Source: Terriglobia bacterium (GTDB lineage Bacteria; Acidobacteriota; Terriglobia; 20CM-2-55-15). Taken from it: DNA of 64,000 bases. The notes under the pieces were generated by a model. The model searched no databases. It was given only the letters and a program-made list of their open reading frames with translations, and had not been told where the DNA came from. Positions 31,121 to 41,491 of the stretch are shown here, one piece after another. A program made the translations under genes and the position numbers. Each line of letters begins with the position of its first letter. Position 1 is the stretch's first letter. The DNA is taken from contig CBDCLE010000024.1 of NCBI GenBank assembly GCA_965218585.1, positions 256,001-320,000 of the forward strand. The letters run 5' to 3'.

Positions 31121-34100
31121 AACCCGACCGCCACCACCATATCCGGGCGCATCCAGTTGGTCCAGTCCGACGGGACGCCTCTGGAAGTGGCCTGGGATGG
31201 TTTGACGGTCTCCGAGAACACGTATGAGATCGCACCCGACGGTGTGTTCCGGGCGACATTAACCCGGAGTGCGAGCGTAGCTGTAGGCTACGCCGTCCTG
31301 ACACCGGAAGTGGGAGTGACCCCTTCGGGCAGCGTCGTGTTTCAGCTCCTGAACGGCACACAGTTGGTGACCGAAGCTGGTGTGGGCGTGACCCGAGAAA
31401 CGACGACAGCACGGATCTCGCTCGACAACGTCGGACGCCAATCGGGAGTCGCGATTGCTAATCGAGGGGTCACGTCTGCCGACGTCGTATTCATTCTCCA
31501 GGACCGGTTCGGCGTCGAACAAGAGCGGGTTACGGTCACCATACCGGCCGGTGGTCATCTCGCACGAATGGCCCAGGAGTTATTTCCAACGCTCGAACTG
31601 GGTTTCAGCGGGTTGATGAAGATCCAGAGTCCGGTCCCCGTGGCATCGATCACACTGCAGTTGACTGTTAACACACGGGGCGAGCTGGTCATGACAACGC
31701 TCCCTGTGGCGGATCTCACCGACACCCCAACAGACTCGATGCTCGTGTTTCCGCACATTGTCATTGGCAGCGGGTTTGAGACACGCCTGGTGTTTGTGAA
31801 CGGAGATGCCGCAGGGGTGGGCCTCGAATTTTCTATTTCCGATGGTACGCCGATGACCGTACCGCTGGGAGCCGAGACCTCGAACCAGTTCGCTTTCGAC
31901 TTCGCTTCCAATGAAGGCCAACGGTTGTTTCCCGGAGACACAGCGACAGTTGCAACGCTTTCTCTGCGAGATCTGGTGACGAATCAAGCGACTGAGGAGG
32001 TGAACGTGAACGTCGGAGGTTCACTTCGTCTTCGGGTGCTGGTTCTCGACAGCACTGGGAAAGCCCGTGACGATCTGGGGGTGACATACAGCAGCCTGAG
32101 CACCGGGATCGCCAGCGTCGACGGAACCGGAAGCCTCCAAGGTCTTCAGAATGGCTTTTCAACCTTGACCGTAACCGCCGGTAGCGTGATTGCTGCCGCA
32201 ACCATTACCGTGACCGACGTAGAATCGGGCGTTGCGGGCTTTGATGTGCTTGGCGTCACGCAGGATGAGTCTGGAACCCTGTATCTGGCTTCGAGCGACT
32301 CTCACACGATCCTGTCCGCTGCAAATCTCACACAGATTCCCCAGCTGTATGCGGGCGTGGAAGACAGTCCGGGGTTCACCAACGCCGCCCGGCTGGAATC
32401 GCAGTTTGCCAATCCCGCCTACCTGTCTTTCAGTAGTGCAGAAGGAGATCTTTATGTAAGCGACGGCTCGAACCATGTCATCCGTCGCATTCGCTCCGGA
32501 ACGGATGGGCAGGTCGAAACCCTCGCGGGAACGGGTGTGGCCGGAAGCGCTGATGGAGAGGCGTCCTCGTTTAGCAACCCCCAGGGCATCGCCCTCGACG
32601 GTCGCGGAAACATCTGGGTTGTTGATTCGGGTAATCATACGGTCCGCCGCATCGACCTCACGACCGGAGTGGTCGAAACCCTCGCGGGATCGGCGGGTAA
32701 CGCCGATCTGGTGGATGGGCTTGGTTCGGTCGCGCGATTCGATTCGCCGACTGGAATTGCACTGGAGGTCGAGTCCCTGGCCCAGCAACTGGAGAGGGAA
32801 CTCAGTGGAGACCCACCGCCTCCGATACGGATGCTGGTCACTGATTCCAGCAATGGAGTGGTTCGCCGGGTCTGGGAGACGGGCCAGGTCGACACGGTGA
32901 CATCGCTTGGATCCAGCTCGGCTCTTCGAACGGGCACTGCGGATTCTAAGAGTTCTGCAGAACTGGCGGCCTCAGCTCTGCAATTTTCCTCGCCAGCAGG
33001 CATTGCATCGGACACGTTCGGAAATATCTATGTCACCGAGCCCGGTCTCGATCAGGTGCAGGTGATCCTTCCCAACGGCCGGACCCAACCTCTGGCAGGG
33101 CGTAACACATTTCAGGAACCACGGGGAGTGGTCATCACGGATGACGGGAAGGTTCTTGTTTCCGACCGTCAGAGCCTGGCACGGTCCGTCGAATTCGGAG
33201 CTCCGACCATCGAAAGCATCTCGCCTCAAAGAGTCCTCAACACGGGCGGAGAAACCGTGACGATCGTCGGGACCAATTTTGCGCCAGGCACCCTGGTCCT
33301 GGTCGGCAAGGTACGGATTGAATCGACAGTGGAGAGAAGCAACCGAATCACGTTTACCGCGCCGACCGCCCTCAGCGGGATTCGGACGCTGACGATTTTG
33401 AACCGTGGGGGTGTGGCTCAAACGCCTCTCTGGGTTGACGCCGTACCACTCGGAGCGACCCCGGCGGGCAACATCACAACCGTTGCGGGTGGCAGCGACT
33501 TTGTGGGTGATGGACTAAGAGCCAGACGGGCGGCGATCAGTGTGCCTTTTGCGACGGCATGGATTCGGGGCGGTTTTCTGATCGTCGATCGAGGGAACAA
33601 CCGGATCCGTCGATACGACTTCAAGACCGGGATCATCACGACGATTGCCGGAACTGGTGATCGGGATTCGTCCGGAGACGGAGGCCCTGGTGTCGCCGCT
33701 GGCCTTCATACACCGCATGATGTCGCGGTCGACCGTTCAGGAAACGTGTTCATTGCCGAATTTGGAGGCCAGCGCATCCGGATGATCGGCGCTTCGACAG
33801 GTGTCATCTCGACCATTGCGGGAACCGGACAGCGCGGGTTTTCCGGAGACGGAGGCTCCGCGGTGGATGCCCTCATGAATCAGCCTGCAGCTCTGGCCAT
33901 CGACCGGCAGAACCGCTTGTTCGTTGCCGATTCAGCAAACAACGCTATCCGACGCATCGATCTCTCGGACGGCACGATTTCCACTGTCGCAGGTCTTGGC
34001 GCATCCGATTTTGGCGGCGACGGGGGCCCGGCCACAGAAGCAAGCCTGAATGCTCCGCGGGGAATTGCCGTCGATACATCCGGCAACCTTTTCATCGCCG

Positions 34101-35572
34101 ATGCCTCAAATCATCGGATCCGCCGCGTAGACGCAGTGACCGGAGTCATCACGACCATTGCGGGCACTGGCGAGGAAGGGTTCTCCGGTGACGGTAGCCG
34201 TGCGGCGGGGGCTGATTTGAACTGGCCGGGAGGGATCGCAACCGACAGAGACGGCAACGTCTTTTTCGCCGACCGTCGGAACCACCGGATTCGAAGGGTA
34301 GATGCGGAAACCGGCTTCATCTCAACCGTCGTCGGTAGCGGTACGGATGGTTTCGCAGGGGACAGTGGTTCCCCGACAGACGCGTCCCTGAGCCGGCCTG
34401 CTGGCGTTACCGTAAGTGGGAATGGTGGTTTCATTCTCATAGCCGATACGTTGAACAACAGGATCCGGCGTGTGGGTGCACGCGACGGCCTCATCCGCAC
34501 GCTGGCCGGCAATGGGGCAGCACGAATCATCGGAGACGATGCTGCGGCCACCGCAGCCGGCCTCTACGCGCCGCTGGACCTGACCTTCGACCTGTCCGGA
34601 AACCTGGTCGTTTCGGATACGTTCAATCATCGCGTCCGTTCGATTGATGCGGCCTCCAGAACTATTACCACGATAGCGGGCGGTGGAGACGAAGGGTTGC
34701 GATTCGGTAGAGGCAGCGGTGGCTACGCCGGGGATGGCGGCCCCGCGCTCGCCGCGTCGCTCGACAACCCTAGCGGGATCTTGATCGATGCAGCGGGGGA
34801 TCTCACGATTGTAGACTCCCGGAACAATCGACTCCGGAGGGTCGCTGCAGCGACAGGGAGCATTCAGACGATTGCGGGTACGGGGCAGGCAGGTGATTCC
34901 GGTGATGGGGGGCAGGCCGCTGACGCCGAGGTGTCTGCGCCCCGCCATATCGCGTCCGACAGCGCAGGGAACCTGTATTTTGCGGACACGGAGAATAACA
35001 GAGTGCGCCGGATCGATTCCGAGACTAGCGTCATCACGACAGTCGCGGGTAACGGGGCGAGAGGGTTCTCCGGAGACGGAGGGTTGGCCCTCGAAGCGGA
35101 GTTGGATCGGCCCCGCGGGATCGCATTCGATACAAATGACAATTTCTTTATCGCCGACGTTTTCAATCACCGAGTCCGCCGTGTGGATGCCGTGTCAGGG
35201 CTGATCACGACGGTAGCGGGGAGCGGCTCGTTCGGTCGGGGGGAAGGGGGCTTCTCCGGAGACGAAGGCTCGGCGACCGAGGCCCGGCTGAACCTTCCCA
35301 TAGACGTCGCTGTCGATGCGGCGGGAAACTTGTGGATAGCCGATTACTTCAACAACAGAGTGCGCCGGATTGGTTCTGAGACTGGAGTGATCACGACTGC
35401 TGCAGGGAGCGGCACGTTTGGGTCGAGGGGCACGTCTTCCGGTGACAATGGACCGGCGACCTCGGCCACCTTCCAGTTGCCCCTTGCCCTTACCTTCGAT
35501 TCAAACGGCAACCTTTTCATCTCAACCTCCGCTGGCCGGATCCGTGCTGTTCGCGGAATCGGCAATCAGTGA
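31121..35572 (+). CDS. Second giant NHL-repeat surface protein, paralog of 17974-25606, 5'-truncated, no PPC array
   Basis: From NPTATTISGRIQLVQSDG it is colinear with paralog 1 (NPTGETIRGTIQLVQSNG): beta domain, Big2, NHL propeller, IPT, 12 NHL repeats, ending IRAVRG. Confidence 0.85.
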   Translation, partial: NPTATTISGRIQLVQSDGTPLEVAWDGLTVSENTYEIAPDGVFRATLTRSASVAVGYAVLTPEVGVTPSGSVVFQLLNGTQLVTEAGVGVTRETTTARISLDNVGRQSGVAIANRGVTSADVVFILQDRFGVEQERVTVTIPAGGHLARMAQELFPTLELGFSGLMKIQSPVPVASITLQLTVNTRGELVMTTLPVADLTDTPTDSMLVFPHIVIGSGFETRLVFVNGDAAGVGLEFSISDGTPMTVPLGAETSNQFAFDFASNEGQRLFPGDTATVATLSLRDLVTNQATEEVNVNVGGSLRLRVLVLDSTGKARDDLGVTYSSLSTGIASVDGTGSLQGLQNGFSTLTVTAGSVIAAATITVTDVESGVAGFDVLGVTQDESGTLYLASSDSHTILSAANLTQIPQLYAGVEDSPGFTNAARLESQFANPAYLSFSSAEGDLYVSDGSNHVIRRIRSGTDGQVETLAGTGVAGSADGEASSFSNPQGIALDGRGNIWVVDSGNHTVRRIDLTTGVVETLAGSAGNADLVDGLGSVARFDSPTGIALEVESLAQQLERELSGDPPPPIRMLVTDSSNGVVRRVWETGQVDTVTSLGSSSALRTGTADSKSSAELAASALQFSSPAGIASDTFGNIYVTEPGLDQVQVILPNGRTQPLAGRNTFQEPRGVVITDDGKVLVSDRQSLARSVEFGAPTIESISPQRVLNTGGETVTIVGTNFAPGTLVLVGKVRIESTVERSNRITFTAPTALSGIRTLTILNRGGVAQTPLWVDAVPLGATPAGNITTVAGGSDFVGDGLRARRAAISVPFATAWIRGGFLIVDRGNNRIRRYDFKTGIITTIAGTGDRDSSGDGGPGVAAGLHTPHDVAVDRSGNVFIAEFGGQRIRMIGASTGVISTIAGTGQRGFSGDGGSAVDALMNQPAALAIDRQNRLFVADSANNAIRRIDLSDGTISTVAGLGASDFGGDGGPATEASLNAPRGIAVDTSGNLFIADASNHRIRRVDAVTGVITTIAGTGEEGFSGDGSRAAGADLNWPGGIATDRDGNVFFADRRNHRIRRVDAETGFISTVVGSGTDGFAGDSGSPTDASLSRPAGVTVSGNGGFILIADTLNNRIRRVGARDGLIRTLAGNGAARIIGDDAAATAAGLYAPLDLTFDLSGNLVVSDTFNHRVRSIDAASRTITTIAGGGDEGLRFGRGSGGYAGDGGPALAASLDNPSGILIDAAGDLTIVDSRNNRLRRVAAATGSIQTIAGTGQAGDSGDGGQAADAEVSAPRHIASDSAGNLYFADTENNRVRRIDSETSVITTVAGNGARGFSGDGGLALEAELDRPRGIAFDTNDNFFIADVFNHRVRRVDAVSGLITTVAGSGSFGRGEGGFSGDEGSATEARLNLPIDVAVDAAGNLWIADYFNNRVRRIGSETGVITTAAGSGTFGSRGTSSGDNGPATSATFQLPLALTFDSNGNLFISTSAGRIRAVRGIGNQ

Positions 35573-35575
35573 CTG

Positions 35576-36871
35576 CTAATCGGAGACTGTAGATTTCTTT
35601 CGAGAGGCGAAATAGATCAGGAGTCCGATCGCCGCGGCAATCCCTGCATCTCTGGCCTGCACGAGGGTGCTGTTGGTCAGAAGCCACGCGACCAATAACA
35701 GAGACACGATCGCAACCACGATTCCCATGGGGGCGATGAACTCTGCGGCGGGAGAACCTTCCCGGCGGCGCAGCACCGGCAAAGCTGCGCATGTGGAAGC
35801 ATAGGCGAGCAGTCTTGCGATGACGCTGATCGTTGCCGCATAGACGAAGGTTCCCGTCAGCGTGAGGACGAGAACGATCAGGCCCGTAAAATAGATGGCG
35901 ACGTGAGGTGTGTGGAACCTCGCGTGTGTCTTTCCAACGATTCCGGGAAGCTCACCGCGTTCGGCCATCGCGAACGGCAGGCGCGGCGTGACCATCAGCG
36001 TGACGTTCAGATTTCCGAGAATCGAAACCAAGGCTCCCGCTGAAATGATCGCCGCGCCCATCGAACCCAGGAAACGGCCTCCGGCGTCGGCTAAGGGCCG
36101 CGTCGAAGCAGCCAGGCCGGGGAGTGTTCCGATTGAGACGACCTGGATCAGAACATAGAAGACCGTTACGACGGCAATGGACGTCAGGAGGGCCCAGGGT
36201 AGATCCCGCCTTGGGTCGCGAGCCTCACCGCTCGGTATGGCCGCCATTTCAAATCCCGTAAACGCATAGACGAGCAGGAGAACCGAGACCGAGAAATCTC
36301 CAAGCTCGGGTTGCGCCCCTAACGCGTAGTTGTTGGAGTCGATAAAGAACAGGCCGATCACTACGAACAAGACGAGCGGTATGAGCTTTGCGATCGTCAA
36401 CCCGTTGGTCAAGACTGTGGCATCGCGGACGCCAACAACATTGATAGCCGTGAGGCCTGTGACAATGGCAGTGATCGCTATGGCGCGCGCGGCTCCGGTT
36501 TCGACCGATGGAACGAAGAATCCGAAATACGCGATGAGGAGGTTGCAATTGGCGGCAAAAGCGGTGATCCGTGCAATCCACATCAGCCAGCCGACCTCGA
36601 AACCCACGACCGGCCCGAAAGCCTCACGCGCGTAGAGATAAGGCCCGCCAGTTTCGCTGTAGCGGCTGCTGACCTCCGCGAAACAGAGGATGATCAGAGT
36701 GACCAGGAAGGCGCATAAAAGGAACGCGAAAAGGCTGTAGACACCGACAAGAGCGAACACGGCGGACGGCAGTCCGAATATCCCGGCCCCGATGATGGAG
36801 TTCAGGACGACGGCCCCGAGGTCCCACCTCCTGATGACGCGAACGAGTCCTTCTCGTGTCGTCTCTGCCAT
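35576..36871 (-). CDS. APC family amino acid permease
   Basis: NSIIGAGIFGLP, GGPYLYAREAFG, YAFTGFE and PRRDLP motifs; about 12 TM helices. Confidence 0.92.
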   Translation of the reverse strand: MAETTREGLVRVIRRWDLGAVVLNSIIGAGIFGLPSAVFALVGVYSLFAFLLCAFLVTLIILCFAEVSSRYSETGGPYLYAREAFGPVVGFEVGWLMWIARITAFAANCNLLIAYFGFFVPSVETGAARAIAITAIVTGLTAINVVGVRDATVLTNGLTIAKLIPLVLFVVIGLFFIDSNNYALGAQPELGDFSVSVLLLVYAFTGFEMAAIPSGEARDPRRDLPWALLTSIAVVTVFYVLIQVVSIGTLPGLAASTRPLADAGGRFLGSMGAAIISAGALVSILGNLNVTLMVTPRLPFAMAERGELPGIVGKTHARFHTPHVAIYFTGLIVLVLTLTGTFVYAATISVIARLLAYASTCAALPVLRRREGSPAAEFIAPMGIVVAIVSLLLVAWLLTNSTLVQARDAGIAAAIGLLIYFASRKKSTVSD

Positions 36872-36897
36872 GGGTTTCGTGTAGTTCGGGATTCGAG

Positions 36898-38496
36898 TTA
36901 CTCGACGAAACCCGGGCCGTGTAGCACCTGGCCGGGACGGGCTCCAGTGTGCGTACCCTCATCGACGACGACGGTCCCGTTGACTAAGACGAACCGCATG
37001 CCTATGGCGTACTGGTTGGGATCTTCAAAAGTTGCGAGATCCCTAATGTTCTCGGCGTCGAAGACGGCAATGTCGGCGTAGAAACCCTCCCTGAGAACAC
37101 CACGATCGCGAATGCCAAGCCGCTGCGCAGTTGCGCCGCTCATCTTTCGGATTGCGTCTTCCAGGGTGAGGATCCCGCGCTCCCGCACGTATTCTCCGAG
37201 GACCCTGGCGAACGTCCCGTATTGCCGGGGATGGGGTGCGCCGGTTCCGAAAACTGAGATCGGTCCGTCCGACCCAATAGCCGTTGCCGGGTGCTGCATG
37301 ATGCGCTCAACGTCTTCTTCGGACATGGCGTGAAAGACAGCAGTTGCACCACCTCCGCGAATGATGTCCATGATGACGTCTGCAGCGTTTTCAGGTGTGG
37401 GTTCCAGGCCGCGTTCGATGGCGATCTCGGCCAGGTTCTTTCCTTCAATCGACCGATCCCACGAGCACAGGGAAATGGACACGTTGGCGGGATCGCCCCC
37501 GCCCCGGTCGTAGAGGATCCGGTCCACGATACCGGCCTTTATTTCGGCCCGGATCTCGGGATCGCCGAAACGTTCGATCAGAGCTTCGGTGCCGCCTTCC
37601 TGCGCCCATTGAGGCACGATCGAGTTGATTCCACTCTGTGCGGCGGTATAGGGGTATTGATCCAGCGTGATGTCGACACCGCGTGCTCGCGCGGCGTCGA
37701 CCAGCGCGAGAGAGTCCACGCTATCGCCCCAATTGGCGCTACCCACTACCTTGTGGTGTGTGATCTGTACGGGAAGTCCGGCCTCTTCTCCGATTTGGAT
37801 GGTTTCGTTGACCGAATCGAGGAGTCCGGTGACTTCGTCACGCATGTGGGAGATATAGATGCCGCCATAGCCGGCGACGATGCTCGAGAGGTCGACGATT
37901 TCTTCGGTGGGCGTAAAGTTCCCGGGAACGTAGAGGAGCCCAGTTGAAATCCCAAGCGCGCCGTGTTCCATGGCTTCGGCGACGAGTTCCCGCATGCGCT
38001 CCATTTCTTCGGAGTTCGCCGGACGGTTCTCGGTTCCCATTACGGTTGAACGAATCGTTCCTTGCCCGATATAGACAGCCCAATTCGGGCTGATGCCGGT
38101 GGATTCGATCCTTTCGAGATGATCGTCGATGGGGTAGGGCGAAGATCCGTCGTTTCCTTCCGTCAGCGTGGTGACGCCCTGGAGCAAGGCACTCTCGGCT
38201 CCGGGGACGTCAAAGATTCCCCGAATGGCGTGAGTATGGGGATCGATGAAACCCGGGGCGACGATCAGTTCCGTCGCATCAATAATGCGATCGGCACTGG
38301 CGTCCTCGAGGTTTCCGATCTGAACGATCCTCTGGTCCCGGATGCCGACGTCGGCCCCGAACCAGGGATTGCCGGTACCGTCGATGATGCGGCCTCCGCG
38401 GATAACGACGTCGAACGTGTCCTGTGCTGCTGCGTCATTTATTGAAAGACCCGCTATGAGAACGATTGGTAAGAAGCTATATAGCAGACGGCGCAT
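36898..38496 (-). CDS. N-acyl-D-amino-acid deacylase (D-aminoacylase family), secreted
   Basis: IDGTGNPW, APGFIDPHTH, GISTGLLYVPG, SHMRDE, DQYPY and PHPRQYGTFARVLG motifs. Confidence 0.92.
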   Translation of the reverse strand: MRRLLYSFLPIVLIAGLSINDAAAQDTFDVVIRGGRIIDGTGNPWFGADVGIRDQRIVQIGNLEDASADRIIDATELIVAPGFIDPHTHAIRGIFDVPGAESALLQGVTTLTEGNDGSSPYPIDDHLERIESTGISPNWAVYIGQGTIRSTVMGTENRPANSEEMERMRELVAEAMEHGALGISTGLLYVPGNFTPTEEIVDLSSIVAGYGGIYISHMRDEVTGLLDSVNETIQIGEEAGLPVQITHHKVVGSANWGDSVDSLALVDAARARGVDITLDQYPYTAAQSGINSIVPQWAQEGGTEALIERFGDPEIRAEIKAGIVDRILYDRGGGDPANVSISLCSWDRSIEGKNLAEIAIERGLEPTPENAADVIMDIIRGGGATAVFHAMSEEDVERIMQHPATAIGSDGPISVFGTGAPHPRQYGTFARVLGEYVRERGILTLEDAIRKMSGATAQRLGIRDRGVLREGFYADIAVFDAENIRDLATFEDPNQYAIGMRFVLVNGTVVVDEGTHTGARPGQVLHGPGFVE

Positions 38497-38597
38497 GGAT
38501 TCTCCCCTTTGAGTGTCCGGTGTGAAAGACATGATCGTTGAAGATGGGTGCGTCCGCAATAGGAAAGGCGTGACGAGAAGATTGCGAAGAGGGATTG

Positions 38598-38680
38598 CGC
38601 TCCCTCGTTCAGACGGCCATCCTGGCCGGGTCTTCCATGTGAAGAGGGGCGCAGCTCGCGATCATCCCGATCGCAAGCCC
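38598..38680. repeat. REP/MITE-like double-hairpin element, copy 1
   Basis: CGCTC..TCGTTCA..CGGCC-ATCCT-GGCCG followed by GCGATC-ATCCC-GATCGC; related copy at 57698-57768. Confidence 0.6.
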
Positions 38681-38813
38681 TTTTGGAGCGGCCCGCAAGT
38701 TCCAGGCATGTCCGGAAGGATCTGCGAATCACGATTGCGCACTGGCCCCGAGTTGTATATAAAGAGCCCGAATCCCAATGTTCTCGAGGCCGGCCGGCTG
38801 TTAGGAGAAATCG

Positions 38814-39806
38814 ATGCGTAGATACGTGAGTGTTCTGGCGTTTTCCTTCGTGTGTGTCGTGGGCGGTGCCGTCGTTACCGCATCCGGGCAGGGACAAACT
38901 CCTGCGGCCGGCGACTCGCCCCCTGCATGGGCGTACCCGGTTAATCCGGGAGGCGGGCAGCGGGCCGAAGACGATGGCACACCCCTCAGTGTCCCAGGGA
39001 GTGATGTTCAGATGACGTTGGATGAAACCCGGAATCTGTTCGCTCCTCCGGACTGGCATCCGGGAGGACATCCTGCGATGCCCGAGATTGTGTCCAATGG
39101 ACGGAATCCGGAGGTCCGCGCCTGCGGCTATTGTCATTTGCCGAACGGGCAGGGGCGCCCTGAGAATTCCGGGATTGTCGGTCTTCCCGCACAGTACATC
39201 ATCCAGCAGATGGCCGATTACAAGGCCGGGCTTCGCAGGAGTTCTGAGTCGGCAATGGGACCACCCAGGGCGATGTTGGCGATTGGCGAAGCGGCTAGCG
39301 ATGAGGAGATATCTGCCGCTGCTGAGTACTTTGCAAGCTTTAACTTCAAGCCATGGATTAGAGTAGTCGAGGCCGACCGAGTCCCCCAGTTGCATGTGGC
39401 TGGAGCGATGTACGCCGCAGTAGAAGACGGAGGCACGGAGCCGATCGGACAGCGGATAGTAGAGATTCCCGAGAATCTGGGTCGGACTGAACTCCGAGAC
39501 GACAGTTCGGGGTTCGTTGCGTATGTGCCTGTGGGTAGCATCGCCCGGGGTGAGGAACTGGTGACGACCGGAGGCGGGGGGCGCACTGTTCAATGTGCGG
39601 TCTGCCATGGCCCGGATCTCAAGGGTTTGGGGCCTGTGCCTCCCCTGGCGGGCCGGTCGCCCAGCTACGCGGCCCGGCAGCTCTACGATTTCCAGACTGG
39701 TGCGCGAAGGGGCGCGTGGTCTGATCTGATGCAGGACGTCGTGGCCGACCTGACATTGGACGACATCGTCGCGATCGGGGCGTACACGGCCTCTCTTGAG
39801 CCATAG
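38814..39806 (+). CDS. Diheme c-type cytochrome (c4-like C-terminal part)
   Basis: Signal peptide, PPAWAYP, CGYCH..G.GRPEN, CAVCH and LAGRSPSY..RQLYDF motifs. Confidence 0.87.
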   Translation: MRRYVSVLAFSFVCVVGGAVVTASGQGQTPAAGDSPPAWAYPVNPGGGQRAEDDGTPLSVPGSDVQMTLDETRNLFAPPDWHPGGHPAMPEIVSNGRNPEVRACGYCHLPNGQGRPENSGIVGLPAQYIIQQMADYKAGLRRSSESAMGPPRAMLAIGEAASDEEISAAAEYFASFNFKPWIRVVEADRVPQLHVAGAMYAAVEDGGTEPIGQRIVEIPENLGRTELRDDSSGFVAYVPVGSIARGEELVTTGGGGRTVQCAVCHGPDLKGLGPVPPLAGRSPSYAARQLYDFQTGARRGAWSDLMQDVVADLTLDDIVAIGAYTASLEP

Positions 39807-39814
39807 TGGATTGA

Positions 39815-40727
39815 ATGAGTACTACCGGTAAGACAGATTCCAGGTCCGCTGAACCTGTTTCGGGTACGGTGGAGTTAGTCATTGCGGCCCGTCAGCGAGG
39901 AGTAGATGGCTTCGGGGTCCGGCGCATCCTTCCTTCGAGGAAACGTCGAAGGGTCGGTCCATTCACTTTTCTGGATCACATGGGACCACATTCCCTGGGA
40001 CCGGGACTGGGAATAGATGTCCCCCCGCACCCTCACATCAACCTCGCAACGGTTACATATCTTTTTGAAGGGGAACTCGTTCACAGGGACAGCCTGGGAT
40101 TTACTCAGACGATCTGTCCGGGAGACATCAACTGGATGCATGCCGGTTCCGGTATCGTCCATTCCGAGCGAACTGGTCCCGAGTTGCATGCAGCCCAGAC
40201 CCGCATAGAGGGCATTCAACTTTGGGTGGCCCTTCCAAAGGCAGAGGAGGAAACGCTCCCCGAGTTCGGTCACTATCCCGAAGACACGCTGCCGCTATGG
40301 GAAGGCCCGGGCCTCAAGGCGCGGATTCTTGCCGGAACAGCCTTCGGGCTCCGATCACCGGTGAAGACTACCTCAAACACCCTATACGTTGACGCTGCAC
40401 TGGAGTCGGGCGGGGAACTGTCTGTTCCCGATGCCGAGGAACGCGCGGTATATGTGGCCAGCGGAAGTGTTTCTGTGAATGGCGATCAATTCGAAGAAGC
40501 CCAGATGCTTGTTTTGCGGCCGGACTCTGAGGCTGTTCTTACAGCGAACGAGGCCTGTCGGCTCCTTGTGCTGGGAGGCGATGCGATCGACGGCGAGCGT
40601 TACATGTTGGAACTTCGTGTCCAGCTCAAAGGAGCGGATCGAAGCCGCAAAACAGAACTGGCGGGAAAATCGTTTTCCCCTGGTTCCGGGAGACGAATCC
40701 GAACGCACACCCCTCCCGGATAAATAA
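39815..40727 (+). CDS. Pirin family protein, frameshift near 40607
   Basis: [33 protein letters not shown] and GIVHSE; the conserved WNFVSS...F..VPGD C-terminus is in another frame. Confidence 0.88.
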
Positions 40728-40736
40728 GGGTTAAAT

Positions 40737-40815
40737 AGGGGTCAGAGCCCTAAATTCCCAATTTTTTACCGGAATAACTGTAGGGACAAATAGGGGAAAT
40801 AGGGCTCTGACCCCT
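40737..40815. repeat. 16-bp perfect inverted repeat (AGGGGTCAGAGCCCTA / TAGGGCTCTGACCCCT), REP-like
   Basis: Arms at 40737-40752 and 40800-40815; 47-nt AT-rich spacer; followed by a T-run. Confidence 0.75.
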
Positions 40816-40831
40816 TTTTTGGGGGAAGGGT

Positions 40832-41449
40832 ATGGGTGGCAGTTCAGCAGACGCCGATATGATTCGGGGTATCGTCGACAAGTGGGTGATCTACAGTGAC
40901 GGTGGTGACTGGGAGCGCTTTGCCGAGCTGTGGCACGACGACGGCTGGATGTCGGCCACCTGGTTTCAGGCCCCTGCCAGTGACTTCGTAAAGGCCCGGC
41001 GCGAGGGTTGGGAGAAGGGCGTCAGCATCATTCATTTCCTCGGAGCCCATACGTCTGACATCGACGGTGATCGCGCGATCGCGCAGACGAAGATGACGAT
41101 CAGCCAGCGCGCCCCCGTTCATGAAGTGATGTGCGACGTTGTCTGTACCGGGCGTTTCTACGATTTCTTCGAGAAGCGGGAGGGCCGGTGGGGGCTGGTC
41201 CGCCGTCAGCCGATCTATGAAAAGGACCGCATGGATCCTGTCGATCCTGGCGCCACATTGAATCTCGACCCGGCGATTCTTGAGAGATTTCCGGACGGGT
41301 ACAAGCATCTGGCTTACCTGCAGACCGAGGTCGGCTACAAGGTCAAAGTGGGTGGAATGCCCGGTCTGAAGGGTCCGGAAGTCGAGAGGTTATACCAGGA
41401 AGGTGCCGCAAGGCTGGCGGGGTCCCCAACGCCCGGTAAGCCCGGATAG
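40832..41449 (+). CDS. SnoaL-like / NTF2 family protein
   Basis: D.GDW..F...WH.DG.M.ATWFQ, HFLG, AIAQTKMTI.QR, CTGRFYDFFEKR and RQPIYEKDR motifs. Confidence 0.82.
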   Translation: MGGSSADADMIRGIVDKWVIYSDGGDWERFAELWHDDGWMSATWFQAPASDFVKARREGWEKGVSIIHFLGAHTSDIDGDRAIAQTKMTISQRAPVHEVMCDVVCTGRFYDFFEKREGRWGLVRRQPIYEKDRMDPVDPGATLNLDPAILERFPDGYKHLAYLQTEVGYKVKVGGMPGLKGPEVERLYQEGAARLAGSPTPGKPG

Positions 41450-41491
41450 GCAACAGGGGAGCCACTCGAGGGTGGTAAGATTATCGCTACG

